Position numbers and translations under genes: made by a program
Assembly: GCA_964387845.1 (NCBI GenBank)
Contig: CAYLXA010000001.1
Coordinates: forward strand, 320,001-384,000
Origin: an uncultured bacterium
GTDB taxonomy: Bacteria > Omnitrophota > Omnitrophia > Omnitrophales > Abzuiibacteriaceae
DNA: 64,000 bases
Direction of reading: 5' to 3'
Part shown: positions 1 through 8,964 of the stretch, in pieces
Numbering within the stretch: the first letter of the stretch is position 1
Layout of the letters: each line of letters starts with the position of its first letter
Notes under the pieces: model-generated
Told to the model about the DNA's origin: nothing
What the model saw: only the letters and a program-made list of their open reading frames with translations
Database searches by the model: none

Positions 1-1958
1 GGGAGGATAAACTTTTGAACAAAATCAGCGTAGGTAAAATTGAAACTTAAGAGAACCACATTCGCCAAAAGCCACGTGATAAAAATACTAATGGGAAAGC
101 CAAACCGTGAAAGACTTAGCTGCATAAGTGCCTGTTTAATGCTTGATAAAAAATGAGCTGCGAGTGGATAGGTTTTGGGGAATAGAAGCATTAAAATCAA
201 GGATCCCGACATTGCGGCTATCCCGTAAAATAAAAATGGAATAGCTTTCATCCCGATTTTTAATAGATGCTTCCGCTTTGCATCCGGGCTCCCGTTCTTG
301 AGTCTAGATTCAGCATGAATGACATCCCCGGTTACCCGCAATTCCGACCGAGGCGCGGTTGGCGACAAGTGCAATTCCGAGCGCGGCTCTGCGCTTGCGG
401 CAAACTCGTCAGGAATGACCGGCGATTCCAATAAGATATCCGATACATAATCGGCAGCAGTGCGGCGAACAACCGGGTCGGAATCACCAGCAGCAATAGC
501 CATAACGGAAACAGCGCGCCAGTCGTGGTGGCGCGTTTGGTACAAGTAATCAAGTAAATTCAGAAGTTTGATTTTAAATTTTTGGAGATGCGGGTTTGGG
601 GTGCTTGATCCCGATTGAAGTTCCAGAGCTTCTGAAAATGTGGCAAACAAAATATCGGGCGATACTTCATACAAAGAAAATTTTGAGTCGTAAGCCAGCA
701 AATGTTCAATTCGGTCGATGATTGCAAAATTTCCACTTTGATATGCATTATAGAAATTGATCATGATTTGGCCCGCAACAATTCGCTGAACTAATTTTGA
801 AACTTCCCCGCCCGTTACTTTAAAATAATATTTTTTTCTGGCTTTGAGCCCATCCAATTCGAATAACTCCCGCAGATTTTCTTCCACTTCCCTCTTGATT
901 CTTTCAAATTCTATCCTTTTTTCAGAAAGAACATCTTCGAGCGGTTTTTGAGCGGCTTCCAAATTTTCCGTGGCTGGTATTTTCAGCTTTGGTTCTTTTT
1001 GGCCGGGCTGAGTAGAAAACTGAGAACACCCGACCGAAGCTAGTCCGATTAAAGAGAACAACTGAATCAATTTCAATATTTTGAATGCGCGCAGCTCTGA
1101 GGATTGAGATATTTTTGTGTAAACTTGAAAACTGGAGGAGCTATCCGGATGGATCTTGACTGTAACGCGTGAAAAATCGGGAGATGAAAAATAAGGCATC
1201 AATTCATGCTCAACGCCATAGTTGACCAATTTTCCGCCGGCTTTGAGATTTCTTTTGATCGTACTGGCTAGCCGCGCACGATTAGCTGTGCCATAACTAT
1301 AATAATAGACAATATCAGCTTGCTGCAAAAGCGCGGTCCAGCGCGTGTCATTAAAATCTCCGCGCAAAAATTCTACTTGGCCTTTTTTGATAATCCCGCG
1401 CTCCTCGGCCACAGAAAGTAACCGGAGACTGTCTGCGTAGAGATCCGGATCATATTCGATGCCGGTGATTTTTAAATTCGGATAACGGTGAGCAAGCATC
1501 AATGCATAAGCGCCCTGGCCATGGCCCAAGTCCACCATGGTAACCGGCTGGTCATGCGGGATCGGAAATTTTTCGACCGTTGCATTTATCGAATCAAGCC
1601 GGGTCTGTAGGTGAACGCCTTTTTCCGTGCGCCGGAGCTGAGCTGAGCTAAAATCAACTCCGGAATTTCGGAACAAAAGGCCGAGCACTTCCCTTGGATC
1701 CCTGGCCAATTCGACTGCTCGCAATTCCGAGCGCGGCTGAGTGTTTAATTTAACTGTGCCGCGGGCGATGGTGGGTAAATCCAGATCCAGAATACCGCCA
1801 TGCTGATTGGCTAAGCGATGGACTCCGACGGTGGTGAAATTATTTTTGAAGGATTCCGCGATCACAGACGAATCGCCGTAAGCGATCGTGCTGGTAACTG
1901 AAAAGGTAAGGACAAGTGTCAGAGCAACACTTTTTAAAAGATATGAGTTTAACTTCAC
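1..1958 (-). CDS. Partial ORF running off the window start (over 650 codons). N-terminal signal-peptide-like segment, then a class I SAM-dependent methyltransferase-like domain, then a long C-terminal region with a lipobox-like hydrophobic segment. Possibly composite.
   Basis: Hand translation of the minus strand shows an open frame from a GTG near 1958 to position 1 with no stop. This is consistent with the ORF track listing no ORF here, because the frame has no in-window stop. The translation carries a glycine-rich MTase motif I-like segment (VDLGHGQGAYALMLA) and starts with MKLNSYLLKSVALTLVLTFS. Confidence 0.4.
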   Translation of the reverse strand, partial: MKLNSYLLKSVALTLVLTFSVTSTIAYGDSSVIAESFKNNFTTVGVHRLANQHGGILDLDLPTIARGTVKLNTQPRSELRAVELARDPREVLGLLFRNSGVDFSSAQLRRTEKGVHLQTRLDSINATVEKFPIPHDQPVTMVDLGHGQGAYALMLAHRYPNLKITGIEYDPDLYADSLRLLSVAEERGIIKKGQVEFLRGDFNDTRWTALLQQADIVYYYSYGTANRARLASTIKRNLKAGGKLVNYGVEHELMPYFSSPDFSRVTVKIHPDSSSSFQVYTKISQSSELRAFKILKLIQLFSLIGLASVGCSQFSTQPGQKEPKLKIPATENLEAAQKPLEDVLSEKRIEFERIKREVEENLRELFELDGLKARKKYYFKVTGGEVSKLVQRIVAGQIMINFYNAYQSGNFAIIDRIEHLLAYDSKFSLYEVSPDILFATFSEALELQSGSSTPNPHLQKFKIKLLNLLDYLYQTRHHDWRAVSVMAIAAGDSDPVVRRTAADYVSDILLESPVIPDEFAASAEPRSELHLSPTAPRSELRVTGDVIHAESRLKNGSPDAKRKHLLKIGMKAIPFLFYGIAAMSGSLILMLLFPKTYPLAAHFLSSIKQALMQLSLSRFGFPISIFITWLLANVVLLSFNFTYADFVQKFIL

Positions 1959-2084
1959 AGTTTGAGCGAGCTGCCTTTCAAAATCGGGAATGGATAGATA
2001 ATATCACAGATAAACTGATTTTCAAGTATAAGAGGGTTTTAATATAAAATAAGAAGATATATATAGAACTAATAAGTTCTATTA

Positions 2085-3578
2085 TTATCTGTTGGAAAGG
2101 GCTTCGACAAGCGCTTTTCCCTTGTGAAGCGTCTCTTGATACTCTGCGGCGGGTTTTGAATCATGCACAATACCGGCGCCGACTTGGAAGTAACCCTTTT
2201 GCTGATTAATCACGATTGTGCGGATCACAATGTTGAGATCCAGATCACCATCAAAACCAAAATAGCCAATGGAGCCGGTATAAATCCCGCGTTTGAAAGG
2301 TTCCAGCTCTTCGATAATTTCCATACAGCGAATCTTTGGGCATCCCGTGATAGTTCCGCCCGGGAACATCGCGCGTACCAAATCAAATTGATCCGCATCA
2401 TCACGAAGCTCGCCCTTTACGTTTGAGACAATGTGCACAACGTGTGAATATTCCTCAAGCGCCATCATCTCGCTCACGCGCACCGTGTGCGGCTTGCACA
2501 CGCGCCCCAAATCATTGCGTTCCAGATCTACTAGCATAATGTGCTCGGCGCGCTCTTTATCATTTGAGATAAGTTCACTGCGCAGTTTCTGATTTTGCAC
2601 TGCCGTTTTCCCGCGCGGCCGGGTCCCTGCAATCGGGCGCGTTTCGCACGCACTTCCCCGCTTTTTGATGAGGCGCTCCGGCGAAGAGCTAATCACCTGC
2701 AAATCGCCGAGACGAAAGAAACTGGAAAAAGGTGACGGATTGATATCCCGCAAACGTTCATAGAGTTTCTCAGAACTTCCTGAGAAATCAAACGAGAACC
2801 GCTGTGAAAGATTGGCTTGATAAATATCGCCTGCCTCTATGTAATCTTTGCCTTTTTTGACAATCGCTTCGAATTTTGATTTTTGAATATCAGATTTAAA
2901 ATTCTGAATTTGTATTTGTCCATTTTGATAAAGCGTTTGATTGAGTTTCGAGAGAGTCTCTTGAATCCAATTTTGACTTTCACTTAGCTGATCCTCAAAA
3001 CTCTTTCTCTCGGAAGGCATTAAATTGCTGATGAGATAAATCGCTTTCTTTGATTCATCGTAAGCGATCAAATTTCGGATGAATAGGAAAACAGCTTCAT
3101 CCAGTTTTTGGTCATTCTTCGCCCGGTTGGGCAGGCGTTCAAAATCCCACGCCAAATCATAGGAAAAATAACCAACCGCGCCGCCTAAAAATTCAGGGCC
3201 GGCGTTCCATTTTCTTCCGCGATAAGTTTTAAAGAGCTTGCGCATTTCCAGAAGAAAATCACCGCGTTTTTTTACGACCCTCACCCTGCCCTCTCCCTCA
3301 GGGAGAGGGAAACGCGAAGCGTGGGTGAGGGATTTTTCGATCGAAATATTTTTACCCTGCTTTCGCAAGATTAAAAACGGGTCGCTGGCCATATAGGAAA
3401 ATGTACCGGTTTTCTGGTGAAAGCGCGCGCTATCCAGGATAAACGAATTTTCGGAAGACTGGATCCTGCGGAAAGTTTCCCAGGAACTCAACGAAGCGGG
3501 GATTTTTTGGATCAGCGGAACAATGAAGCCTTTTTGGAAATATTTTCGAAGTGTCGTGATGGGCAGAACGTTATTCAT
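2085..3578 (-). CDS. Chorismate-binding enzyme, anthranilate synthase component I / aminodeoxychorismate synthase (TrpE/PabB) family.
   Basis: The 497 aa translation has the conserved C-terminal chorismate-binding core (MLVDLERNDLGRVC…, PGGTITGCPKIRCMEII, GIYTGSIGYFGFDGDLDLNIVIRT). It contains an in-frame copy of the CCCTCACCC/CCCTCTCCC repeat (see 3278–3331) that encodes PLPEGEGRVRV. Confidence 0.75.
   Translation of the reverse strand: MNNVLPITTLRKYFQKGFIVPLIQKIPASLSSWETFRRIQSSENSFILDSARFHQKTGTFSYMASDPFLILRKQGKNISIEKSLTHASRFPLPEGEGRVRVVKKRGDFLLEMRKLFKTYRGRKWNAGPEFLGGAVGYFSYDLAWDFERLPNRAKNDQKLDEAVFLFIRNLIAYDESKKAIYLISNLMPSERKSFEDQLSESQNWIQETLSKLNQTLYQNGQIQIQNFKSDIQKSKFEAIVKKGKDYIEAGDIYQANLSQRFSFDFSGSSEKLYERLRDINPSPFSSFFRLGDLQVISSSPERLIKKRGSACETRPIAGTRPRGKTAVQNQKLRSELISNDKERAEHIMLVDLERNDLGRVCKPHTVRVSEMMALEEYSHVVHIVSNVKGELRDDADQFDLVRAMFPGGTITGCPKIRCMEIIEELEPFKRGIYTGSIGYFGFDGDLDLNIVIRTIVINQQKGYFQVGAGIVHDSKPAAEYQETLHKGKALVEALSNR
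3278..3331. repeat. Family-1 nested palindromic repeat (ccctcaccc…ccctctccc tca gggagaggg…gggtgaggg), in frame inside the PabB-like CDS.
   Basis: Read directly: ccctcaccctgccctctccctcagggagagggaaacgcgaagcgtgggtgaggg. The same unit recurs at 8835–8900, 26927–27013 and 50755–50812. Confidence 0.8.
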
Positions 3579-4887
3579 GCCGGTACATCAAAAACCCTGA
3601 GCCCAACTTCGGGTAAAAATAAGTAGACTTTTGCGGCATCAATTCTCCCGAAGCGCAAATAGCCTGCATCACTTTGGCTTCAATCGGCGGCACAATCACA
3701 GCCGCGTCAAACTTCTTGGAGCGTACGCCTTCGAGTGCCTCATCCGAAAAGCGCGTGTATTCGAGAAAATGCTCGAGATTTTTATCATCAACACCAAGAT
3801 GTTTCAAAACCAAATGTGAAACCTGCGCGACTTCAAGCCGGTACCAAATGTCGGGTTTTCCGGCCGGCATCTCCGCGCGTGCTTTTTGAATGTCTTTGAT
3901 TTTAAATAAAATCGATTCACCGGGAAAACAAACCGCGAAAGCGTCCCTGATTTTTCCCTGCGCGAGTTCTTTTACTTCCGTCTCGGAAATTTTTCTCGAG
4001 TCAAATAAGGGCGAAAGGATTTGCGACAATTCTGACGCGCTTACTTTTTTGATGTTCTTGAGCTGCCGATGGATGGGAAAAATTAAAAGCCCTTCATCTT
4101 CCAATTCCACAAGCCCCATTAAGCAATAATCGGAAGGCTGCAAGCTGCCAGCTTCAGGCTTCAAGCTTGAAGTTTGCAATTTGGAGCCTGCAGCTTGAAG
4201 CTTGCGGCTTGCGGCTTGTTCTTGGCTATAGCGCAAAGCGGTTTCATAACGGTGATGGCCATCCGCGATTAAAACCTGCTTATCGGAAAACATTTTTGAA
4301 ATCTGCGTTTTGTCGGATGAATCCGAAACCGCCCAAAGTTTGTGCGCTTCACCGTCAGAAAATTTAAATTCGTATAACGGTTTTTGTTTCTCAAATTTCT
4401 TTCTCAGTTCCTGGGCGGTTCTTTCAGAATCTTGATAAAGCCCATAAACCGGCGAAATGTTGGTTTTGATTGCTGAGAGCAGCTTGAACCGATCTTCCTT
4501 CGGGCCGGAATGCGTTTTTTCGTGCGGCAAAATCACTTTTGATTCAAAAGGCTCCACTTGAAACAGACCAAAAATCACGACGCGCGTCTTGATGCGGCCC
4601 GATTCTGGGTCTTTGAAGATGGTTTCGTAAAGATAAAAACTCTCTTTTGTGTCTTTTTCGAGAATTTGCTTCCTCAGCCATTCGTTCAGAAATTCAGAAG
4701 CTTTTTGATATTTCACACTCGCATCTTCTTTACCGTATTCGATACGAATGATGTTGTAGGGACTTTTACCGTAAAGCGCTTCCTGCTCGGCAGGTGAAAT
4801 AATATCGTAAGGCGGAGCAACCACTTGATCCATTTTGACGGACCCGGAATTGTAACGCAGTGCGCGGAAAGGTTTGATAATAGCCAT
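3571..4887 (-). CDS. DUF1015 family protein (conserved hypothetical).
   Basis: The N-terminus, MAIIKPFRALRYN…VVAPPYDIISPAEQEALY, matches the characteristic DUF1015 start. It carries an in-frame low-complexity insertion (KLQAAGSKLQTSSLKPEAGSLQP) encoded by the family-6 repeat at 4136–4225. It overlaps the PabB-like gene by 8 nt. Confidence 0.6.
   Translation of the reverse strand: MAIIKPFRALRYNSGSVKMDQVVAPPYDIISPAEQEALYGKSPYNIIRIEYGKEDASVKYQKASEFLNEWLRKQILEKDTKESFYLYETIFKDPESGRIKTRVVIFGLFQVEPFESKVILPHEKTHSGPKEDRFKLLSAIKTNISPVYGLYQDSERTAQELRKKFEKQKPLYEFKFSDGEAHKLWAVSDSSDKTQISKMFSDKQVLIADGHHRYETALRYSQEQAASRKLQAAGSKLQTSSLKPEAGSLQPSDYCLMGLVELEDEGLLIFPIHRQLKNIKKVSASELSQILSPLFDSRKISETEVKELAQGKIRDAFAVCFPGESILFKIKDIQKARAEMPAGKPDIWYRLEVAQVSHLVLKHLGVDDKNLEHFLEYTRFSDEALEGVRSKKFDAAVIVPPIEAKVMQAICASGELMPQKSTYFYPKLGSGFLMYRHE
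4136..4225. repeat. Family-6 repeat (gcttgaagc / gcctgcagc / ttcaggcttcaagc units), in frame inside the DUF1015 CDS.
   Basis: Read directly: caagctgccagcttcaggcttcaagcttgaagtttgcaatttggagcctgcagcttgaagcttgcggcttgcggcttg. A related copy lies at 53690–53790. Confidence 0.65.
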
Positions 4888-4892
4888 ATTAA

Positions 4893-4976
4893 CGTAAATT
4901 CAAATCTCAAATTTCAAAATAATTTTGATATTTGAAATTTGAATTTGTTTTGAGATTTGATATTTGAATTTTGAAA
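4893..4976. repeat. Family-5 AT-rich palindromic repeat (aaattcaaatctcaaatttcaaaat … attttgaaatt), intergenic.
   Basis: It shares the motif taaattcaaatctcaaatttcaaaat and tttgatatttgaaatttgaattt with 54108–54212. It lies between the csaA-like stop and the DUF1015 start. Confidence 0.7.
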
Positions 4977-5321
4977 TTACTTAACAATTGCTCCAGACGG
5001 TAAATCTTTTTCGGGAGTTAGAAATGCGAGACTTGAATCCGTGCTTGCGGCCAGCAGCATGCCTTGTGATTCAACGCCGCGGATCACGGCCGGAGCCAGA
5101 TTTTTCACCACCACGATTTTTTTACCGACCAGCTCTTCAGGTTTATAGAATTGTTTAATACCGGCCACGATGGTCCGTTGCTCATCGGCAATCTTAATCC
5201 TCAAAACCCACAAACGGTCGGCGTTGGGATGCGGCTCCACTGCCAGGATTTCGGCCACCCGCAGCTCCAGCTTCTTAAAATCATCGTATGTAATGGTTTC
5301 AGTCGTCATTTGAGCCGCCAT
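4977..5321 (-). CDS. tRNA-binding domain protein (CsaA / Trbp111 / MetRS C-terminal-like).
   Basis: The core MAAQMTTETITYDDFKKLELRVAEILAVEPHPNADRLWVLRIK…VVVKNLAPAVIRGVESQGMLLAA is typical of the OB-fold tRNA-binding family. The track ORF extends a further 49 codons upstream across a structured inverted repeat, which is probably not translated. The start was placed at MAAQM by codon arithmetic. Confidence 0.65.
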   Translation of the reverse strand: MAAQMTTETITYDDFKKLELRVAEILAVEPHPNADRLWVLRIKIADEQRTIVAGIKQFYKPEELVGKKIVVVKNLAPAVIRGVESQGMLLAASTDSSLAFLTPEKDLPSGAIVK

Positions 5322-5361
5322 TCTATCACTAACCAAATAACGGTGGCAAGAAGGCTTCTCT

Positions 5362-5515
5362 AGCAGTATGGGATATCTCTTCCGGCACCAGCAGTTCGCA
5401 AGCTCCTGCGGCTTGCGCCTGCCTGCGCGCTCGCCCGTTGAACCCGCCGAAAAGCATGGCGGGGCCAAGCTTCAACGGGCTCCGCGAGCTGCCTTTAGAG
5501 ATATCCCATACTGCT
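5362..5515. repeat. Long-range perfect inverted repeat (agcagtatgggatatctct / agagatatcccatactgct) enclosing ~115 bp of GC-rich, internally palindromic sequence.
   Basis: The arms sit at 5362–5380 and 5497–5515. The interior contains cccgttgaa…ttcaacggg and gcaagc…gcttgc sub-hairpins. Confidence 0.7.
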
Positions 5516-5607
5516 TTACTTTAATAGCGGAAAACAGAAAATCGTTAAAGCTTACCTTCGGAGGGAATAATTTGCCGAATGCGGCTCACGGAACCACGAG
5601 GAGCTAG

Positions 5608-5690
5608 GCCCCCCGACTCTATTTCGCAAAGCGAGACAGCGGGGGTCCGAGTGGTGAGTGCGCAGGCGGCTTGACGCCGCAGCCCGTCAC
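5608..5690. repeat. Family-2 repeat (ccccc…tttcgcaaagcgagacagcgggggtccgag…gcgcaggcgg).
   Basis: It aligns by eye with 8965–9045 (ttcgcaaagcgaggcagcgggggtctgaag…gcgcaggcgg). Confidence 0.7.
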
Positions 5691-5892
5691 CTACATTGAA
5701 TTTCCTATTGAAGGTGAGGGCTGTCCCAATTCACCTATGAATAAACGTCTTAAGGCTTTAATGATAATTGGGACTGGAACGGCCGAAGTGCCGGTGCCGG
5801 CAGACAATCCTTGCCGGTGCTTAATAAAGATGGAAAACTAGTTTATTGTTGTAAGTTATTATAAATAAATGACTTATGGAATATAGTTTTTC

Positions 5893-5920
5893 TTGTCAGG
5901 TAGCGAAAAAATGATAGAAT
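5893..5920 (+). promoter_or_regulatory. Candidate sigma70-type promoter for ino1 (TTGTCA, 16 nt spacer, TAGAAT).
   Basis: The hexamers were read directly about 70 nt upstream of the TTG start. An SD-like aaagggagag lies immediately upstream of the start. Confidence 0.35.
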
Positions 5921-5987
5921 ATCGGTCTCATTTTTGACTTTGTATCCGCGAATGTGGCCCTCAGTAAGCGTCTAAAGGGAGAGAAAA

Positions 5988-7097
5988 TTGGGAAAGATTA
6001 AAATAGCAGTCGTCGGTGTCGGGAATTGCTGCGCTTCCCTGGTCCAGGGAATCGAGTTCTACCGCCATCAAAACGGCACCATTGCCAAGAGCCGTGAGCA
6101 TCTGGGTTTGATGCATTATAACCTAGGCGGCTACTTACCGGAAGACATCGAAATCGTCGCTGCGTTTGATATCGATAAACGTAAGGTCGGTGAACGCCTT
6201 GATGTCGCGCTAAAAGCCAAGCCCAATAATGTGCTCGAGCTTTTCGGCGATATTCCCCGCAGCCGTGTCGTGGTTCAAATGGGAACCGTGTTGGATGGGT
6301 ATTCGGAACACATGTCAGAATATCCTGTTGATCGCACATTTGTCCTCGCGAAACAAAAACCTGCCAATGTAGAACGCGTTCTGAAAGAGAGCGGCGCTGA
6401 AATTCTTTTGAATTATTTACCGGTTGGATCCGAGGAAGCCACACAATTCTACGCGGAAGCTTGCCTCAAAACGGGCGTGAGCTTCATTAATTGCATGCCT
6501 TCCTTTATTGTTTCAGATCCCAAATGGTCAAAGCGTTTTGAAGATAAGCGAATTCCCGTGATTGGCGATGATATTAAGGCTCAGCTGGGTGCTACAATTG
6601 TTCACCGCACGCTTGCGAAATTGTTTGCAGACCGCGGCGTCAAGATTGACCGCACCTATCAATTAAATACCGGCGGCAACACTGACTTTTTGAATATGCT
6701 CAACCGCAAACGCCTGGCATCCAAGCGCATTTCAAAGACGGAAGCCGTCCAAAGCCAGCTCGAAATTCCGCTGGATGAGGAAAATATTCACATCGGGCCT
6801 TCGGATTATGTCGCGTGGCAGAACGACAACAAAGTTTGTTATTTGCGCATGGAAGGCCGCGGATTTGCCGGTTTCCCGGTGAATGTCGAACTCAGGCTTT
6901 CTGTGGAAGATTCCCCCAATAGCGCCGGTGTCGCGATCGATGCGATCCGCTGCTGCAAGCTCGCGCGTGAACGCAATATCGGCGGGCCGCTCGTTTCAAT
7001 TTCAGCTTACGCGATGAAACATCCGCCGAAACAACTTCCCGATACCCAAGCCCGTGAACTCGTCGAAAAGTTCATCCAAGGCACTTGCCAGCGCTAA
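5988..7097 (+). CDS. ino1: myo-Inositol-1-phosphate synthase (inositol-3-phosphate synthase).
   Basis: MGKIKIAVVGVGNCCASLVQGIEFY… with an NAD-binding GxGxxG motif and the size (369 aa) typical of bacterial/archaeal MIPS. It has a TTG start. Confidence 0.85.
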   Translation: MGKIKIAVVGVGNCCASLVQGIEFYRHQNGTIAKSREHLGLMHYNLGGYLPEDIEIVAAFDIDKRKVGERLDVALKAKPNNVLELFGDIPRSRVVVQMGTVLDGYSEHMSEYPVDRTFVLAKQKPANVERVLKESGAEILLNYLPVGSEEATQFYAEACLKTGVSFINCMPSFIVSDPKWSKRFEDKRIPVIGDDIKAQLGATIVHRTLAKLFADRGVKIDRTYQLNTGGNTDFLNMLNRKRLASKRISKTEAVQSQLEIPLDEENIHIGPSDYVAWQNDNKVCYLRMEGRGFAGFPVNVELRLSVEDSPNSAGVAIDAIRCCKLARERNIGGPLVSISAYAMKHPPKQLPDTQARELVEKFIQGTCQR

Positions 7098-7098
7098 C

Positions 7099-7340
7099 CC
7101 GTCATTGCGAGGCGCTTAAATTGTCGCCGAAGCAATCTACGTTTTAAGCTTTGAAGAAGCCCTTCGCTCAGTGAATTCAACGTGAGAAATCTATTTGCTT
7201 AGGCATTGGAACACCTTCCACCGTTCCTACAATACTTAACGCTGTAGGCCGTCGGCTTTCCAACGCCTTCACACATGATTTCTCTCTCACGAATTCAATT
7301 CGCTTCGGCGCTTCTTCAAAGCTTTCCGCGCCACCCGCAT
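7099..7340. repeat. Family-3 palindromic element, expanded ~240 bp form (MITE-like). Outer arms gtcattgcgag…cgaagcaatctacgtt / gcttcggcg…; centre palindromic around 7230.
   Basis: The left end at 7099–7160 matches 14625–14665, and the right end at 7303–7340 matches the right half of the short copy. The inner ~140 bp is itself an imperfect palindrome (cctacaatacttaacgctgtagg). Confidence 0.6.
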
Positions 7341-7377
7341 CTAAATCCTAAGGCCGCAAATTGCGACCTTAGAATTT

Positions 7378-7917
7378 CTACCCAATCTTCCCGGGCCGAT
7401 GCGGATCCATCTCAAAACCAATCGCATCCGTAGTCGGCGGCGCCAAAAGCGGCCTAATCATTTTGAACAATCTCTGCAAAGCTCTGTCGTGATCGAGCAG
7501 AACCTTCTCAATTTCATCCAATCGTCCGTGCAGAATTTGATTCAGGTTGAAAACTTCTCTCAATCTCACAAAAGCACGGATCACGTAAACGCTCATACGG
7601 ACAGCTCGGTCACTGTTTAAAATGTTGGCTGCCATTAACGCCCCGTGTTCTGTGAAAGCAAAAGGAAGATACCGATCGCCACCCCGACCCTCTTTCTTTG
7701 AGGTCACAATCTGTGACCTCAAAAATTCTGCTTCCTCCAGAGTAAGCTGAAACATGAAATCTGCCGGAAAACGGCTTCGGTTACGTTTGACAGCTTGATT
7801 GAATGCTTTTGTGCTCACCCCATAAAGCTCCGCTAAGTCACGGTCAAGAATAACGCTCTGACTCCGGATGATGAGAACACGATTTTCTACAGCTAATTTA
7901 GGACCTCTTTTAGACAT
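7378..7917 (-). CDS. ORF6N domain protein (KilA-N-related, phage antirepressor-like DNA-binding family).
   Basis: ILDRDLAELYGVSTKAFNQAVKRNRSRFPADFMFQLTLEE is the hallmark ORF6N N-terminal block. Confidence 0.7.
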   Translation of the reverse strand: MSKRGPKLAVENRVLIIRSQSVILDRDLAELYGVSTKAFNQAVKRNRSRFPADFMFQLTLEEAEFLRSQIVTSKKEGRGGDRYLPFAFTEHGALMAANILNSDRAVRMSVYVIRAFVRLREVFNLNQILHGRLDEIEKVLLDHDRALQRLFKMIRPLLAPPTTDAIGFEMDPHRPGKIG

Positions 7918-8070
7918 GAAACACCCCTCTTATTGGTTTTAAATGGAGGGGGGATTTTAATTTTGTTTTTTACTGCGGGAGATATGGAATTATATATAAC
8001 TTTTACGATTAATCAACACTCAACTTCTAGCCTGTCCCCTTAGAAGGTGCCTGGCACTTTTTTTATGAGA

Positions 8071-8739
8071 TCAAATGACCCCTTTCATTAATGTTTCTTT
8101 AACTTTCTTGGCATTTTTTAGTCCTTCGTCAATCAAAGAAATAAAATACTCAATTTCTCCATTTAAAGTACTAGGATAAAAATCTCCAACCCGACAGCAT
8201 CCTTCACAAATTCCATCCATAGCTTGAACGTAAGCGGTTTCAGCAAATGTAAGCCATTCACGCGTTTCATTCCATGTTTCCTTCCCATCATGAGTACGCC
8301 AGGGGAAATTATGAACACGTTGAATATTCCGATGAGGATTTATCTTGTCACTAATATCTTTTATTTTTTCCTCGTACTCATCAAAATGAGATAAAAACTC
8401 TTTTCGTTGTTGTTTTAACCTATCTTTTGAGAAAGTCTGTCTTTCTAATTTTAGTTCAATATTTTCTTCTGAAACTTCTTTGCTTTTTTGCATTAAATTC
8501 CATAAACTAGCTTCACTAGAACGACCAAAAATCTTTCCTAAAGCGAGAATGTACTTTGTTTCCAAAGCATCTCGAATAAAGCTGAATAAGCCACCAAATT
8601 CTCGTTCAAATCCTTCTGATTGAACAAGCCCGTTATTCCATTTGAATAATAAAGCATGGAAAATGTTAGCCTCGCAAAGATCTCTGCTTACACAGGTTTC
8701 TATTACCTTCAGTGAATCTTGAACTTCATCCATCATCAA
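8071..8739 (-). CDS. Hypothetical protein, 222 aa, in an AT-rich (compositionally atypical) gene. It has an Rx5H motif (HRNIQRVH), so it may be a HEPN-like nuclease or abortive-infection-type protein.
   Basis: The ORF is visibly more AT-rich than its neighbours. Predicted product is largely helical. No family was recognised with confidence. It is co-directional with, and immediately upstream of, the ORF6N gene. Confidence 0.5.
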   Translation of the reverse strand: MMMDEVQDSLKVIETCVSRDLCEANIFHALLFKWNNGLVQSEGFEREFGGLFSFIRDALETKYILALGKIFGRSSEASLWNLMQKSKEVSEENIELKLERQTFSKDRLKQQRKEFLSHFDEYEEKIKDISDKINPHRNIQRVHNFPWRTHDGKETWNETREWLTFAETAYVQAMDGICEGCCRVGDFYPSTLNGEIEYFISLIDEGLKNAKKVKETLMKGVI

Positions 8740-8834
8740 CCTCCAATAAATTCATGATTCTGTACCAATTATAAAAGCATTCATATTTTATGCCCCCAAT
8801 TCGCAGAAGACAACCTGGTTCTCGAAATAGAACG

Positions 8835-8900
8835 CCCTCACCCCCTCCGGGCCTAAGGCCCGATAGGGCCGGAGGCTCACCCTACCCCTCTCCCAAAGGG
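8835..8900. repeat. Family-1 nested palindromic repeat (ccctcaccccctccgggcc…ggccggaggctcaccctacccctctcccaaagggagaggg).
   Basis: Read directly. It shares the ccctcaccc and ccctctccc-NNN-gggagaggg cores. Confidence 0.75.
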
Positions 8901-8964
8901 AGAGGGAAAAACAAAGGAAGAATCTGGCTTTGTGGAGGCGGCTCTCGGAATCCTTCAGAGCTTG

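Noticed and set aside
4977-5468. Full 163 aa track ORF for the tRNA-binding protein
   Set aside because: The first 49 codons run through the 5362–5515 inverted-repeat structure and do not resemble protein sequence (Pro/Arg/Cys-rich). The conserved CsaA-like domain starts at the MAAQM methionine.
8040-8066. Plus-strand intrinsic-terminator-like hairpin ggtgcctggcac followed by a T-run, just below the 222 aa gene
   Set aside because: No plus-strand gene terminates here (both neighbours are on the minus strand). On the minus strand the hairpin is preceded rather than followed by the U-tract. It was noted but not called.
7378-8739. Prophage call based on the ORF6N (phage antirepressor-like) gene
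   Set aside because: No integrase, terminase, capsid or tail genes are present. Only two small genes lie between intact metabolic genes. It is better described as a repeat-flanked islet.
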